Of a stretch of DNA of 64,000 bases, positions 11,145 through 20,370 are shown piece after piece. The stretch is taken from positions 96,001 through 160,000 of the forward strand of contig CAWBQK010000011.1 in assembly GCA_963791045.1 (NCBI GenBank), read 5' to 3'. The position numbers and the translations under genes are program-made. Source of the stretch: Candidatus Latescibacterota bacterium (GTDB lineage Bacteria > Krumholzibacteriota > Krumholzibacteriia > WVZY01). The stretch's first letter is position 1, and every line of letters begins with the position of its first letter. The notes under the pieces are model-generated. The model did not search any database. It was given only the letters and a program-made list of their open reading frames with translations, and was not told the DNA's origin.

Positions 11145-12491
11145 ATGAGCCAAATTTCCCTTAGATCGTTGTTTGTGCACGTTGTGTGCACGCTCCTTCT
11201 GTGCGGTTCAGCCGCCGCGCAGGATTCCCACTACTGGTCCGAGAAGTACGGCACCCGCTCGGAACTGCTCGGGGGCGCCGTTGTCGGGAGTCCGCAGGAT
11301 CTCAGCACGACGTTCTACAATCCCGGCGGCCTTACTCGCCTCGAAACGCCATCCTTTCTTATTAGCGCGCAAGCATTCGAGTACCAGTGGCTCGATGTCG
11401 AAGATCCAACCGGCAATTTTGAGGATTTGTGGACGGACAGGTTTGGAGTGGCGCCGACTCTTTTTGCCGGTACTTTCCCGAGGGACTGGGTGTCGGGGAC
11501 GCTCGCCTATTCGGTGCTTACGCGGCAGAAGTCAGAATTCCGGATCGACAGCTGGGGGAACGGGGCCGATCTGGACTCGGACGGTGAGACCGTTATCGCC
11601 AATATGCTGATCGACACGAAGTCGACGGAAACCTGGGGTGGGCTGACGTGGGGGGGAGATGTCGGGGCGGTTGGAATCGGCGCCTCGTTGTATGGAGCCT
11701 TGCGAAACCAGCGGGGGCGTTTCGAGTATCTGTACCAACCGATGCCAACCGGGGCGCCCGGGCTGGTTCTGGCCTCGGTCGATGACTACAGTTACTGGCA
11801 TGTTCGCATGCTCGCGAAGGCGGGCGCTTATTGGCAGCGGGATCGCCTGAGTCTTGGGATCACGCTTACCACACCCGGACTTCCTCTTTTTGGCAGCGGC
11901 GATGCGGCTTACTATCGAAGTCTCGTTTTCACCGATTCGACAGGCGTGCCGGAGATCACCGAAGGCGGCGCGCCGGACGACGTCTCAGTAACGTATCGTT
12001 CACCCTCGTCAATCGCGATCGGGACGCGTTACGGGAAGCCAGGGAACGCGGTCTACGTCACAATCGAGTGGTTCCACTCCGTGGATCCTTATCAGGTTCT
12101 GTCTACGCCCGACGCGCCGGAATCAGGTCTAGGGTCGACTCTCCGCTCCAGGACCACACAGGAGTCGGCGTCCGTGGTCAACGTCGCGATCGGGTATGAA
12201 TACTCTCCTCGCAACCGGCTTACTTTTTTTGGAAGCTTTCTGACGAACTTCACAAGTGCGGTTGATAACCGTGCCGCGTCGCATTCGGTTTCCACATGGG
12301 ACATTTACCAGTTTACGATAGGAACCGCGTTCAAGGCGGCTTCTGTTGATTTTACGCTGGGGGGATCGTTTGCGTTTGGGAACGACGAGATTACGCGGTT
12401 GACCGATATTCCGGAAATGCCACTTTTTGATATCTCGCAGGTCCGTTACCGGAAACTCAAGGTGTTCATAGGGTTTGAGTTTGGGAGCTGA
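11145..12491 (+). CDS. FadL/OmpP1-like outer-membrane beta-barrel
   Basis: Signal peptide (AAA/QD), 'GGAVVG..DLSTTFYNPGGL' as in FadL-type N-termini, beta-strand pattern, ends IGFEFGS. Confidence 0.7.
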   Translation: MSQISLRSLFVHVVCTLLLCGSAAAQDSHYWSEKYGTRSELLGGAVVGSPQDLSTTFYNPGGLTRLETPSFLISAQAFEYQWLDVEDPTGNFEDLWTDRFGVAPTLFAGTFPRDWVSGTLAYSVLTRQKSEFRIDSWGNGADLDSDGETVIANMLIDTKSTETWGGLTWGGDVGAVGIGASLYGALRNQRGRFEYLYQPMPTGAPGLVLASVDDYSYWHVRMLAKAGAYWQRDRLSLGITLTTPGLPLFGSGDAAYYRSLVFTDSTGVPEITEGGAPDDVSVTYRSPSSIAIGTRYGKPGNAVYVTIEWFHSVDPYQVLSTPDAPESGLGSTLRSRTTQESASVVNVAIGYEYSPRNRLTFFGSFLTNFTSAVDNRAASHSVSTWDIYQFTIGTAFKAASVDFTLGGSFAFGNDEITRLTDIPEMPLFDISQVRYRKLKVFIGFEFGS

Positions 12492-12537
12492 GCGGCGTGT
12501 CAAATAGAATCCGGCCGGGAATCATAAGGGACAAAGA

Positions 12538-12960
12538 ATGAGCATGAATCTGGAAACAACCGTTGATGAAGGTTTTCTTCGTGTCCACGTGACCGGAGAA
12601 TTTGTCTTCGAGGAAGCGAACGATTGTTTAGTCACCGTTTTCGAGGCCATCGAGCAGCACAAACTTCAAAGAGTTCTGGTGGACTGCCGGCAGCTCTCTG
12701 GAGAACCAACGACAATCGAGCGCTTTTTCCACGCGACATTTGCCGTTCGCGAGATGGACAGATTCGCCGACAAAGGCGTCTTCCGCGGAACTCGATTTTC
12801 GTACCTCGGTCACGAGCCGTTGATTGACCGAAATCATTTTGGCGCAACCGTCGCCACCAACAGAGGCCTCATCGTGAAGGTATCCATGAACGAACAGGAT
12901 GCCTTGCAGTGGCTCAAAGCAGAATCAGTCGACGAAACTGCCCAGGACGATTCGAACTGA
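12538..12960 (+). CDS. STAS/SEC14 (SpoIIAA-like) hypothetical protein
   Basis: 'RVLVDCRQLSG', 'TVATNRG..VKV..EQDALQWL' pattern. Confidence 0.6.
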   Translation: MSMNLETTVDEGFLRVHVTGEFVFEEANDCLVTVFEAIEQHKLQRVLVDCRQLSGEPTTIERFFHATFAVREMDRFADKGVFRGTRFSYLGHEPLIDRNHFGATVATNRGLIVKVSMNEQDALQWLKAESVDETAQDDSN

Positions 12961-13013
12961 TTCCATCCCGAGCAGCTTGCTGATGAACATTCGAGCCGTT
13001 CGAACGAGCCGGT

Positions 13014-13703
13014 TTACTCGCTGTCTTTACCAATAAACCGGTATACCACCGCGCCAAGAACGCCGCCGACGATCGGCGCCACCCAGAACAACCACAACTG
13101 AGCAACGGCCCATCCGCCGACAAAAACGGCGACACCGGTGCTCCGTGCCGGGTTCACGGACGTGTTCGTCACCGGGATGCTGATCAAATGGATGAGAGTG
13201 AGGCAAAGACCGATCGCGATGGGCGCGAACCCCTGTGGAGCGCGTTTATCCGTCGCGCCGAGAATGACAACAAGGAACATCATCGTCATGACGACTTCTG
13301 TGACGAGCGCCGCGAGCAGCGAGTAGCCGCCCGGCGAGTGCTCGCCGTATCCGTTCGAAGCGAAGCCCGCCGACACATCGAAGCCGGCCGTGCCGCTCGC
13401 TATGATAAAGAGGACTCCCCCCGCGGCGATCCCGCCAAGGACCTGTGAGACGATATACGGCGCGAGTTGACCGCCGGGAAAACGGCCGCCCGCCCAGAGC
13501 CCGATCGAGACCGCAGGGTTGAGGTGGCACCCCGAGATATGGCCGATGGCGAACGCCATGGTGAGAACGGTCAGACCGAACGCGAGGGCGACACCGAGCA
13601 GGCCAATCCCCACTTCGGGAAACGCCGCCGCCAGAACGGCGCTGCCGCAGCCGCCGAGCACGAGCCAGAATGTACCAAAGAACTCAGCCCCATACTTGTT
13701 CAT
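13014..13703 (-). CDS. aqpZ: Aquaporin Z
   Basis: Two NPA motifs ([19 protein letters not shown]), '[24 protein letters not shown]'; ATG 13703 with GGAGG. Confidence 0.97.
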   Translation of the reverse strand: MNKYGAEFFGTFWLVLGGCGSAVLAAAFPEVGIGLLGVALAFGLTVLTMAFAIGHISGCHLNPAVSIGLWAGGRFPGGQLAPYIVSQVLGGIAAGGVLFIIASGTAGFDVSAGFASNGYGEHSPGGYSLLAALVTEVVMTMMFLVVILGATDKRAPQGFAPIAIGLCLTLIHLISIPVTNTSVNPARSTGVAVFVGGWAVAQLWLFWVAPIVGGVLGAVVYRFIGKDSE

Positions 13704-13861
13704 GGAAGCCTCCTGTTTAAAGTGGTGTTCACGGGGGAAGTTTTGCAGAGGCGCGGTCAGGACGTCAAGTTGAACAAATACGGAGCGGGAGAGCACGACG
13801 CCACAAGCTGTTATATAATAACACTATACGGTCCTTCTGCTGCGATCCAGGAGGTTTGCGG

Positions 13862-14125
13862 GTGAAGCTTCTATGTTGTTTTTTGATTATCGTTTCGTGC
13901 ATCGTCACGGCGGGGATTGTGTGTGCACAGCCTCATCAAATCGGGATATTCAATGATACGCGCGGCTGCCCGTGTGAAGTCACCGACTATGCTCCGGGGA
14001 TCATCACGATGTCCGTTCTCCATCTCCAATCCCCCGGCGCCAAGGCGGTGCGGTTTTCGGCGCCGAAACCCTACTGCTTCAACGCGATCTGGTTGACGGA
14101 CACAATAAAGTCTCTTTACGAGTAG
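13862..14125 (+). pseudogene. Short secreted protein, apparently internally deleted (N-terminus joined to an 'IKSLYE' tail)
   Basis: GGAGG RBS, GTG, signal peptide, 'IGIFNDTRGCPCEVTDYAPG..APKPYCF..WLTDT' then directly 'IKSLYE*', matching only the end of the TWGxIKxLY tail of neighbours. Confidence 0.5.
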
Positions 14126-14167
14126 CCGCCGCCGCGATGGCCGGACCGAACATACCCTCTGCACGAT

Positions 14168-15539
14168 TTATTTGCCGTTCAACAAAATACTCCGTCCCCT
14201 CTCGACGACCACGTCGCGTCCGCTGTAGATGTCTTCCCGCGACGGATAAACTTCGACATCGGGCCTGATGCCGATTCCCGCAAAATCCCGCTTGTCCGGG
14301 AAGAGCGCTTCGAAGGTGGACACTGAAAACTGTCCGCCGCCCGGAAGCACGGAAACAAGCCCGTGTCCGGCGCCGCCGCACGTTTGAGTCCCCACTACCG
14401 TCACCCGTCCGGTCTGCTGAAGTTCAATGACGAGATCTTCCGCCGAACTATTGGTGCCCCCGTCAACGAGAAGAACCAGCGGCCCCAGGTATCTTTTGCC
14501 GTCGCGCGGGGCGACCGTGGAATGGTCGATCGGACCACTTGGGCTCATGCCCCCAGGCCTCTTCGGCTGCCGAGTAGTGGCGGTATCGCATCAACGGAGA
14601 ATCGACCATGCCTTCGATCAGGCAGCTCACGATTCCTTTTGTAACAGTGCTATTGCCGCCGAGGTTCGAACGGACGTCGATAATCATTCCTTTTATGGCG
14701 GCGGTATCGGTCGTGTCGATCAATGCCCTGAAATCCTCTTCGATCCGGGTGTGTTCGAAATTCGGGATCGACACGTAGAGGACGTCTCCATCCAGCATTC
14801 TGGCCTCGATGGTCTCGGCAAAGAGTTTTTCCACGAAACGGTACATGAACGGCGCCCCGCCGTTTGAGAAAGCGTTGCGCGTTAAGGTGACATCCCTGAC
14901 GTTTCCGTCAATCTCCCTGATCTGCAGATCGACTGTGTCGCCTGCGGGGCCGAACAAGAGGTAGACGGTGAGGATCGCTTCGTCTCCCTGCGGAGATCCC
15001 TGTGTGTGATACTTGAGTACGTTGTCATCAAAGTAATCACGCACGGGAATCCCCTCGCCGACTTCCAGTATCTCGAGGCCGGGGCGGATGTTCTGCGTTT
15101 CGATTTCATCGCCGGTGCCGACACGCGTGATGATAAAGCGACCGTCGAGGACATTTACCTCGATCGGCGGCAGATCGTATCCCGGTTTGAAGTGACCCCA
15201 GGGCGGAGTGATGCGTGTGTGCGAATCCTTGAGGAGCGCGACGAGTTCCTGAAGGACGAGATAATAGTCGTCCATGGTTTCGGCCGCGATGACGCGGGGG
15301 AGATACTGCTGAACGGTTGCGTCCCAGTCGAGATCTGGCCGTTTGTCGAAGTGGGGAAACGCGTACTTCGTCTCCGCCCATATCGTCATCAATCCCCACA
15401 CTTTTTGTTCGACCGTGCCCGTCCATTCTGCGCCGTCGCCCTTCGCGGGGTCCTCGGCAAATCCCGGCGAGGCAAAGCAGGTTGTCACGACAAGAAAAAT
15501 CAACAGAAACCGCAAGACATATCGACCGGTCGTGCTCAT
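14168..15539 (-). CDS. S41-family peptidase (exported), single frameshift near 14532
   Basis: Signal peptide, 'LKDSHT', PDZ-like part, 'MIIDVRSNLGGN' in ORF 14463-15539; 'LVDGGTNSSAE', 'GTQTCG', 'GIGIRPDV' in ORF 14168-14548. Confidence 0.88.
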
Positions 15540-15625
15540 GACTCTGACCCTTCCATTTCTATATGAATCTCAGTGGGTTCCTTAGCTGTAAGTTCTTCTT
15601 AGTCTCTACGAATCGGATGTGGTGA

Positions 15626-15655
15626 TGGTTGCGGCGTCCGGGCTCGAACCTGCGA
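15626..15655 (-). other. Degenerate tRNA 3'-end fragment (att-like remnant)
   Basis: Reverse complement TCGCAGGTTCGAGCCCGGACGCCGCAACCA has GGTTCG and terminal CCGCAACCA like initiator tRNA-Met; T-stem has mismatches and no 5' half. Confidence 0.4.
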
Positions 15656-15927
15656 AAAGCCGGGGTGTCATGGAATCCAATTGTACTGGTTAACAGAATA
15701 ATATCACTCCCGCAGCGGGAGTTAAAAATCAACGACTTAGTGCGGTCTCCGGCGATTCGCTCGAGACTGCACGAATTCGGTTATGGGTTTATCCAAAAAA
15801 TTGCGGTATTTTAGAAACGCAGAATGTAACTGCGGTCTGACGTTCGATGGGGGGCAAAGATGACTGGCGCGTACACGCGTTGGTTCCCCGCGTGGCAAAT
15901 CCATATCAATCTCAAAAGGAGACGCTC

Positions 15928-16650
15928 ATGGGTGTGACCAATAAGGAGTCTGGGACCCGTATCGATGAAGTCTCTGATGGAATCTACCGGATAAGTACGC
16001 CTTTCAGTGAACTCCCTGGAGGGTTCTCCTTCAACCAGTATCTGATCAAAGATGATCAGCCGTTACTCTTTCACACGGGACCAAGGCAAATTCACGCTTT
16101 GGTCAAGGAAGCGATTGCCAGTGTTCTTGATATCAAGGAGCTGCGGTTCATAGGGTTTTCTCACTATGAATCTGACGAGTGCGGATCGCTTAACGAATTC
16201 CTCGCCCTTGCTCCGGATGCGGCTCCGTTGTGTGGACAGATAAACGCGATGATCAATGGCGATCTGTTTGACAGGGGGGCGCATGTTCTCGCGAACGGTG
16301 AGATGCTTTCGCTTGGGAGTCATAACGTTCGCTGGTTCGACACGCCGCACCTGCCCCACGCATGGGAGTGTGGCTATCTCATGGAAGAGAAAACCAGAAC
16401 ACTTCTATGCGGCGATCTTTTTACTCAAGGCGGTGCGGACAATCCACCCGTGACGTCAAAGGACATCCTCGAGTCGAGCGAGGCTTTCCGGAAACAGATG
16501 GACTACTACTCGCACACAAAAAATATTCGTCCGCTAATGGCTGCCCTGTCGGCGGCCAAGCCAACGATCCTCGCTTGCATGCACGGCAGTGCCTGGGAGG
16601 GGGACGGTGAGACGCTACTCACCGAACTCGCCGATTCGTTGGATGCCTGA
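15928..16650 (+). CDS. MBL-fold protein (FprA/ODP-like)
   Basis: 'FNQYLI..LFHTG', 'FSHYESDECG', 'TPHLPHAWE', 'LLCGDLF', 'LACMHG'; RBS AAGGAG. Confidence 0.85.
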   Translation: MGVTNKESGTRIDEVSDGIYRISTPFSELPGGFSFNQYLIKDDQPLLFHTGPRQIHALVKEAIASVLDIKELRFIGFSHYESDECGSLNEFLALAPDAAPLCGQINAMINGDLFDRGAHVLANGEMLSLGSHNVRWFDTPHLPHAWECGYLMEEKTRTLLCGDLFTQGGADNPPVTSKDILESSEAFRKQMDYYSHTKNIRPLMAALSAAKPTILACMHGSAWEGDGETLLTELADSLDA

Positions 16651-16662
16651 GCCCGAAGCGGT

Positions 16663-16809
16663 CTATGCCCTGGTGGTGAAACACATGTTTGGCGCGCCCA
16701 TCACGCCGGCGTTTTCCATGGCTTCTTTTGGCCTGGCGCTATTGACGAACGCATTTGCCGCATCCATATCGGCGAATTCGTGATAAATCGTTACCTCATT
16801 TGTATTGGA
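16663..16809 (-). pseudogene. 5'-truncated paralogue of the small protein at 19694-19963
   Basis: Own translation SNTNEVTIYHEFADMDAANAFVNSARPKEAMENAGVMGAPNMCFTTRA* aligns without gaps to ENPNEVTLYHEFGSMDAAKAFVGSPRLKEVMESAGVTGAPDMWFTNKA*; no N-terminal half. Confidence 0.8.
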
Positions 16810-16892
16810 TAGACACGTCTTTCATCGAACGGCTTCGAGACGCTTTCCTTGGAGATTCTAGCCAGGCGGAGTGATTTGATGCGGGGATCGCT

Positions 16893-17108
16893 CTAGTAAT
16901 CGTAATGGTATAAGACTTTCAACTCGCTACTGCTCAGTGAAACAATTTCCATTCGATAAGAAATTGTCCCACCCCAGTAGCCAACTTCTATTTCCAGCAT
17001 ACTCTCTGACAGCGTCGTCCATTCCCCCTCGTAATTCGCATACGTGATGGGCGGCGTTCCGCAAGGACCGGAGTTTTTTCGCTCGGTTTCGGTTTGCCTG
17101 GTTGCCAT
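16893..17108 (-). pseudogene. Probable C-terminal gene fragment
   Basis: 'ERKNSGPCGTPPITYANYEGEW..EVGYWGG' reads like a C-terminal beta-rich half; lower GC than flanks; no signal peptide. Confidence 0.4.
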
Positions 17109-17154
17109 CCTTGTCGAAAGTTGAAGCGGATCACTATGGAGTGGCCGGGGAGCC

Positions 17155-17910
17155 TCACCGATAAAGTTGTTTGACACTGCCCCAGGTCCTGGTCTCGACG
17201 CCGACAACACAGTCATTCGGAATCGCGGAAGAAATAAAGGCGATCGTTTCGTTTGTGCCGCAGAACAACGATGTCACCTCGGTTATGGTCCCGTAGAGAA
17301 GAACCCGTGTCCCGGAGTTGATGTAGGGCGTGACATCCGGAGACGTGTCAGCGAAGAGAAGTTCAGGAAAACACTCCTGGTAACAATTCCACACCTCCTG
17401 TCTGTAACTCTGCCCGCAGCCGCCTGGTCCTCCGTACAAAGTACCGTGGCCCAGCAACGCGATACCGTGTGTTGCAGTGCCGAGATAGGCATCCTGGTTT
17501 TCGGGGATTGCGTTGCGATCCGCATCCACGGCCCGGGCGTGGTACATGTACCCATGATTTGGCGCCGCCGTAACATCCACGAGTTCGAACGATAAGTGCG
17601 GCCCGCCACCCGGATCATCCACCCAATTCCACGCCACGGGCTCATTCGTGATGCGTTCCCATGCCCCGCATTCGACGCCAATGTCGCTCCGGTACACATC
17701 GATCCCGGTCGGAGTTGCTGTCCACGCGTTAACGCTCCATGGGTTCCCGTCGAGCTGGATCTGCAAGTGCAACCCACCCGGTTCTACCGAACCGAGCAAT
17801 CGTCCGTCAAAGACGAAGTAGGCGGGATCGCTCTGTACGGATGTGGGGGAGAACAGAAACAAAAAGCAAAACAAAAGGGCAGAAAAGAACGTGGTCAGCA
17901 GGAACCGCAT
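17155..17910 (-). CDS. Secreted hypothetical protein with C-terminal TWG tail
   Basis: Signal peptide, several Cys, ends VGVETRTWGSVKQLYR*. Confidence 0.8.
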   Translation of the reverse strand: MRFLLTTFFSALLFCFLFLFSPTSVQSDPAYFVFDGRLLGSVEPGGLHLQIQLDGNPWSVNAWTATPTGIDVYRSDIGVECGAWERITNEPVAWNWVDDPGGGPHLSFELVDVTAAPNHGYMYHARAVDADRNAIPENQDAYLGTATHGIALLGHGTLYGGPGGCGQSYRQEVWNCYQECFPELLFADTSPDVTPYINSGTRVLLYGTITEVTSLFCGTNETIAFISSAIPNDCVVGVETRTWGSVKQLYR

Positions 17911-18197
17911 AAAGCACCTTCTTTTTATTGCGCCAAGATAAGTACATCATGGGGAAACGACTCTGGGGATAATTATATCATATTTAAAGGGTTAAACGAA
18001 CAAAGACGTCATGCAGCCTTGTTGGCTTCGCGTTTCAATAATCGAGAACAAATCGCCCTCAAAGGAATTGTATTGGCTCTCCAGAGTAAGCGAATTTGGA
18101 ACTGGTCTTATCGGAGATGTTGCGCTATTGATTAGGGCAAAGAGTAAGATCGCAACATAATACAGATTCAGACGACAGAAATTGGAGTATAGAGATT

Positions 18198-18902
18198 ATG
18201 CGACGATTCGCCGTGACTTTGATTCTTGTCGTATGGGTTGGTTCAGCGGCCGCGAGTGACCTGACTTGTGTCATGCCTTTTTCGTTGGTTGATCGCTGGA
18301 CGGACGCCAACGGCAACGCGATGTACGATGATGGAGAAGCGTACGATCCATTGCTGACGGGTTTTGTCGCGCCCGCTGATGCGGGACTCTCCCTGACGCT
18401 CACGGCCTCGATTCCGCAACAGGCTCTTATCGCACAGGCCTATTTTCTGGTTGCGTTGCCCCCGCTTGGACAGGGAACTCCGCCGCAGACGGGTGAGACC
18501 TGGCTGCGCAGGTGGGTATCCGAGTGCGCTCCCTACGGTGTTTCGAGTGGGGACAGTTTGTTGATTGATCCCGGCAAGCTCTTTCCGGCGTTGCTCGAAG
18601 AGTTGAACGAGTTGATCGCGGCCGACCTGAACGCGTACTGGGATGACGAAACCAATACTGTCAAGGGCTCTGCGTTCAACGTAACGCCGCGACTGCTCGC
18701 CGTCTCATGCTTTGATCCGCGTTATCCACCGACATCCGGCGAGCAGTATGCCGTGGTGACGAAGATCGCCGTTGTGTTTCTGGAGTCGACCACGGGACCG
18801 ACGGCAGTGCGAGTTCGTTTTGTTGACAACGCAACCGAGACCGTGGCAACCAGACCCACCACCTGGGGTCGGATCAAGAGCAAGTATGGCGGGCGAGAAT
18901 AG
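18198..18902 (+). CDS. Secreted protein with TadG-like domain and C-terminal TWG tail
   Basis: Signal peptide (AAAS), 'CVMPFSLVDRW', 'YDPLLTGF', 'LIAADLNAYWD', 'TPRL..FDP'; ends VATRPTTWGRIKSKYGGRE*. Confidence 0.7.
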   Translation: MRRFAVTLILVVWVGSAAASDLTCVMPFSLVDRWTDANGNAMYDDGEAYDPLLTGFVAPADAGLSLTLTASIPQQALIAQAYFLVALPPLGQGTPPQTGETWLRRWVSECAPYGVSSGDSLLIDPGKLFPALLEELNELIAADLNAYWDDETNTVKGSAFNVTPRLLAVSCFDPRYPPTSGEQYAVVTKIAVVFLESTTGPTAVRVRFVDNATETVATRPTTWGRIKSKYGGRE

Positions 18903-19045
18903 ACTTGCAGTGTCTCCCCGGTCTCCTTCATGAAGACACGCACCGCCGCCGGTTTGATCCTTTGCAGTCTTTGGTTCGGGATGTCGGCGCCGCGTCGGTT
19001 CTTGGAAAGCGTCTCGAACGTCTCAAAATGTCGGGGAGGTCGGTA

Positions 19046-19654
19046 ATGACAAAGAAACACTATGCAATAATTATCGCGGTGGGAGTGTTGGTTGCCGTCG
19101 GCTCGTTCTGGCCGATTCAGATGAGGGCGGTGGATAGCGCGGTTGCCGGGGAAAAGGACAAAAAAGAAACCGGCGAGAAGGAAATCAAAACGGGCCTGGT
19201 CGTGGAAAAGATTGCCGTGAGTAACGCCAAGGGGGTCGACATTAATGAAGCAAAGGTGATTCCGAAGATAATCAAGTTCGATCCGCCAAAGTACCCCGAG
19301 CTGGCGAAGGTTCGTGTTGCAGAGGGAACGGCGACTTTGAATATGCTGATCAATCCCGAGGGCAGGATCGACTCGATGACGGTCACGGTCGAATCAGACG
19401 AGGAATTACAAAAACCGTTCGAAGAAGCAATACTTGCCACGCGGGAAAGCTGGCTTTTCGAACCGGCCAGGGATGAAGACGGTAATCCTGTCCCCTCGTG
19501 GGCCCAAACGAAGATCAAATTCAGGCTAAACGGCGCGGGCGATGGTACGCCTCCGCCGCCCCCGAAGGCGGAAAAGCCACCTAAGGCGCCTAAAGCTGAA
19601 GCCGATCCGCCGCCGCCTCCGCCAAAGACGGAGAAAACGTCGGACGACTCCTGA
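19046..19654 (+). CDS. TonB C-terminal domain protein with Pro/Lys-rich tail
   Basis: One TM, 'PPKYPELAK..EGTATL..INPEG', 'WLFEPARDEDGNPV..IKFRL'. Confidence 0.8.
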   Translation: MTKKHYAIIIAVGVLVAVGSFWPIQMRAVDSAVAGEKDKKETGEKEIKTGLVVEKIAVSNAKGVDINEAKVIPKIIKFDPPKYPELAKVRVAEGTATLNMLINPEGRIDSMTVTVESDEELQKPFEEAILATRESWLFEPARDEDGNPVPSWAQTKIKFRLNGAGDGTPPPPPKAEKPPKAPKAEADPPPPPPKTEKTSDDS

Positions 19655-19693
19655 GTTCAACCGGTGGAACGAGAGCGATGTGGGAGGACCCGC

Positions 19694-19963
19694 TTACGCT
19701 TTATTGGTAAACCACATGTCGGGGGCGCCCGTCACGCCGGCGCTCTCCATGACTTCCTTCAGTCTGGGGCTTCCGACAAACGCCTTGGCGGCGTCCATGC
19801 TGCCGAACTCGTGGTAGAGCGTGACTTCGTTTGGATTCTCCTCGGCCTGGAAAACACCGTGAGCGGTGACACCCATGGTCTCGCGCTCGGCGTCAAAAGC
19901 GTCATACGCCGCTTTCCATGTGCCGAAATCCTTCACTTCGTGCCGGACAAATAGTATGGCCAT
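19694..19963 (-). CDS. Small dimeric alpha/beta-barrel protein (cyclase/ABM-like)
   Basis: 'VRHEVKDFGTWKAAYD', 'NPNEV..HEF', 'MESAGVTGAP'; RBS AAGGAG. Confidence 0.85.
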   Translation of the reverse strand: MAILFVRHEVKDFGTWKAAYDAFDAERETMGVTAHGVFQAEENPNEVTLYHEFGSMDAAKAFVGSPRLKEVMESAGVTGAPDMWFTNKA

Positions 19964-20370
19964 CTCTTAACTCTCCTTAGAATATTCACTTCCGGAGGCG
20001 CCGTGCCTCGCTTGACAGTGAATTATGTGATGGGGGGCATCTGATTCCCCAAAACTCCCCAACGCCTGTTATTGACTAAATAACGTTCAAGAATTGACAT
20101 TTGTCAATTAGTTATCCCTAACTTTTGGCTCGCAACGGCTCGAGAGTGAATCCTCACTCACGAACGGATCGAGCTCGTGATCTCTTTGGCGCCAGAGGGA
20201 GGGCGTCAGACCGTCGGGCGTTTTCTTATTTATTTTTACCCACTTGCGGGTCCGCAATTTGTTAATATTATATAGGAAGGATCAGGCGGGCCCCGAGAGC
20301 CGGGGCATATTAACCCCAACGAGGGGGTGCGTTACGAGAAAACACGTTCGAAGCCGGAGGATGTTCATAA

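Noticed and set aside
13800-20360. Integron cassette array
   Set aside because: Mixed gene orientation, no attC-like sites seen, no integrase
19964-20370. Riboswitch or ncRNA in the spacer before hflX
   Set aside because: Only short hairpins and AT-rich promoter-like tracts; no family consensus recognised
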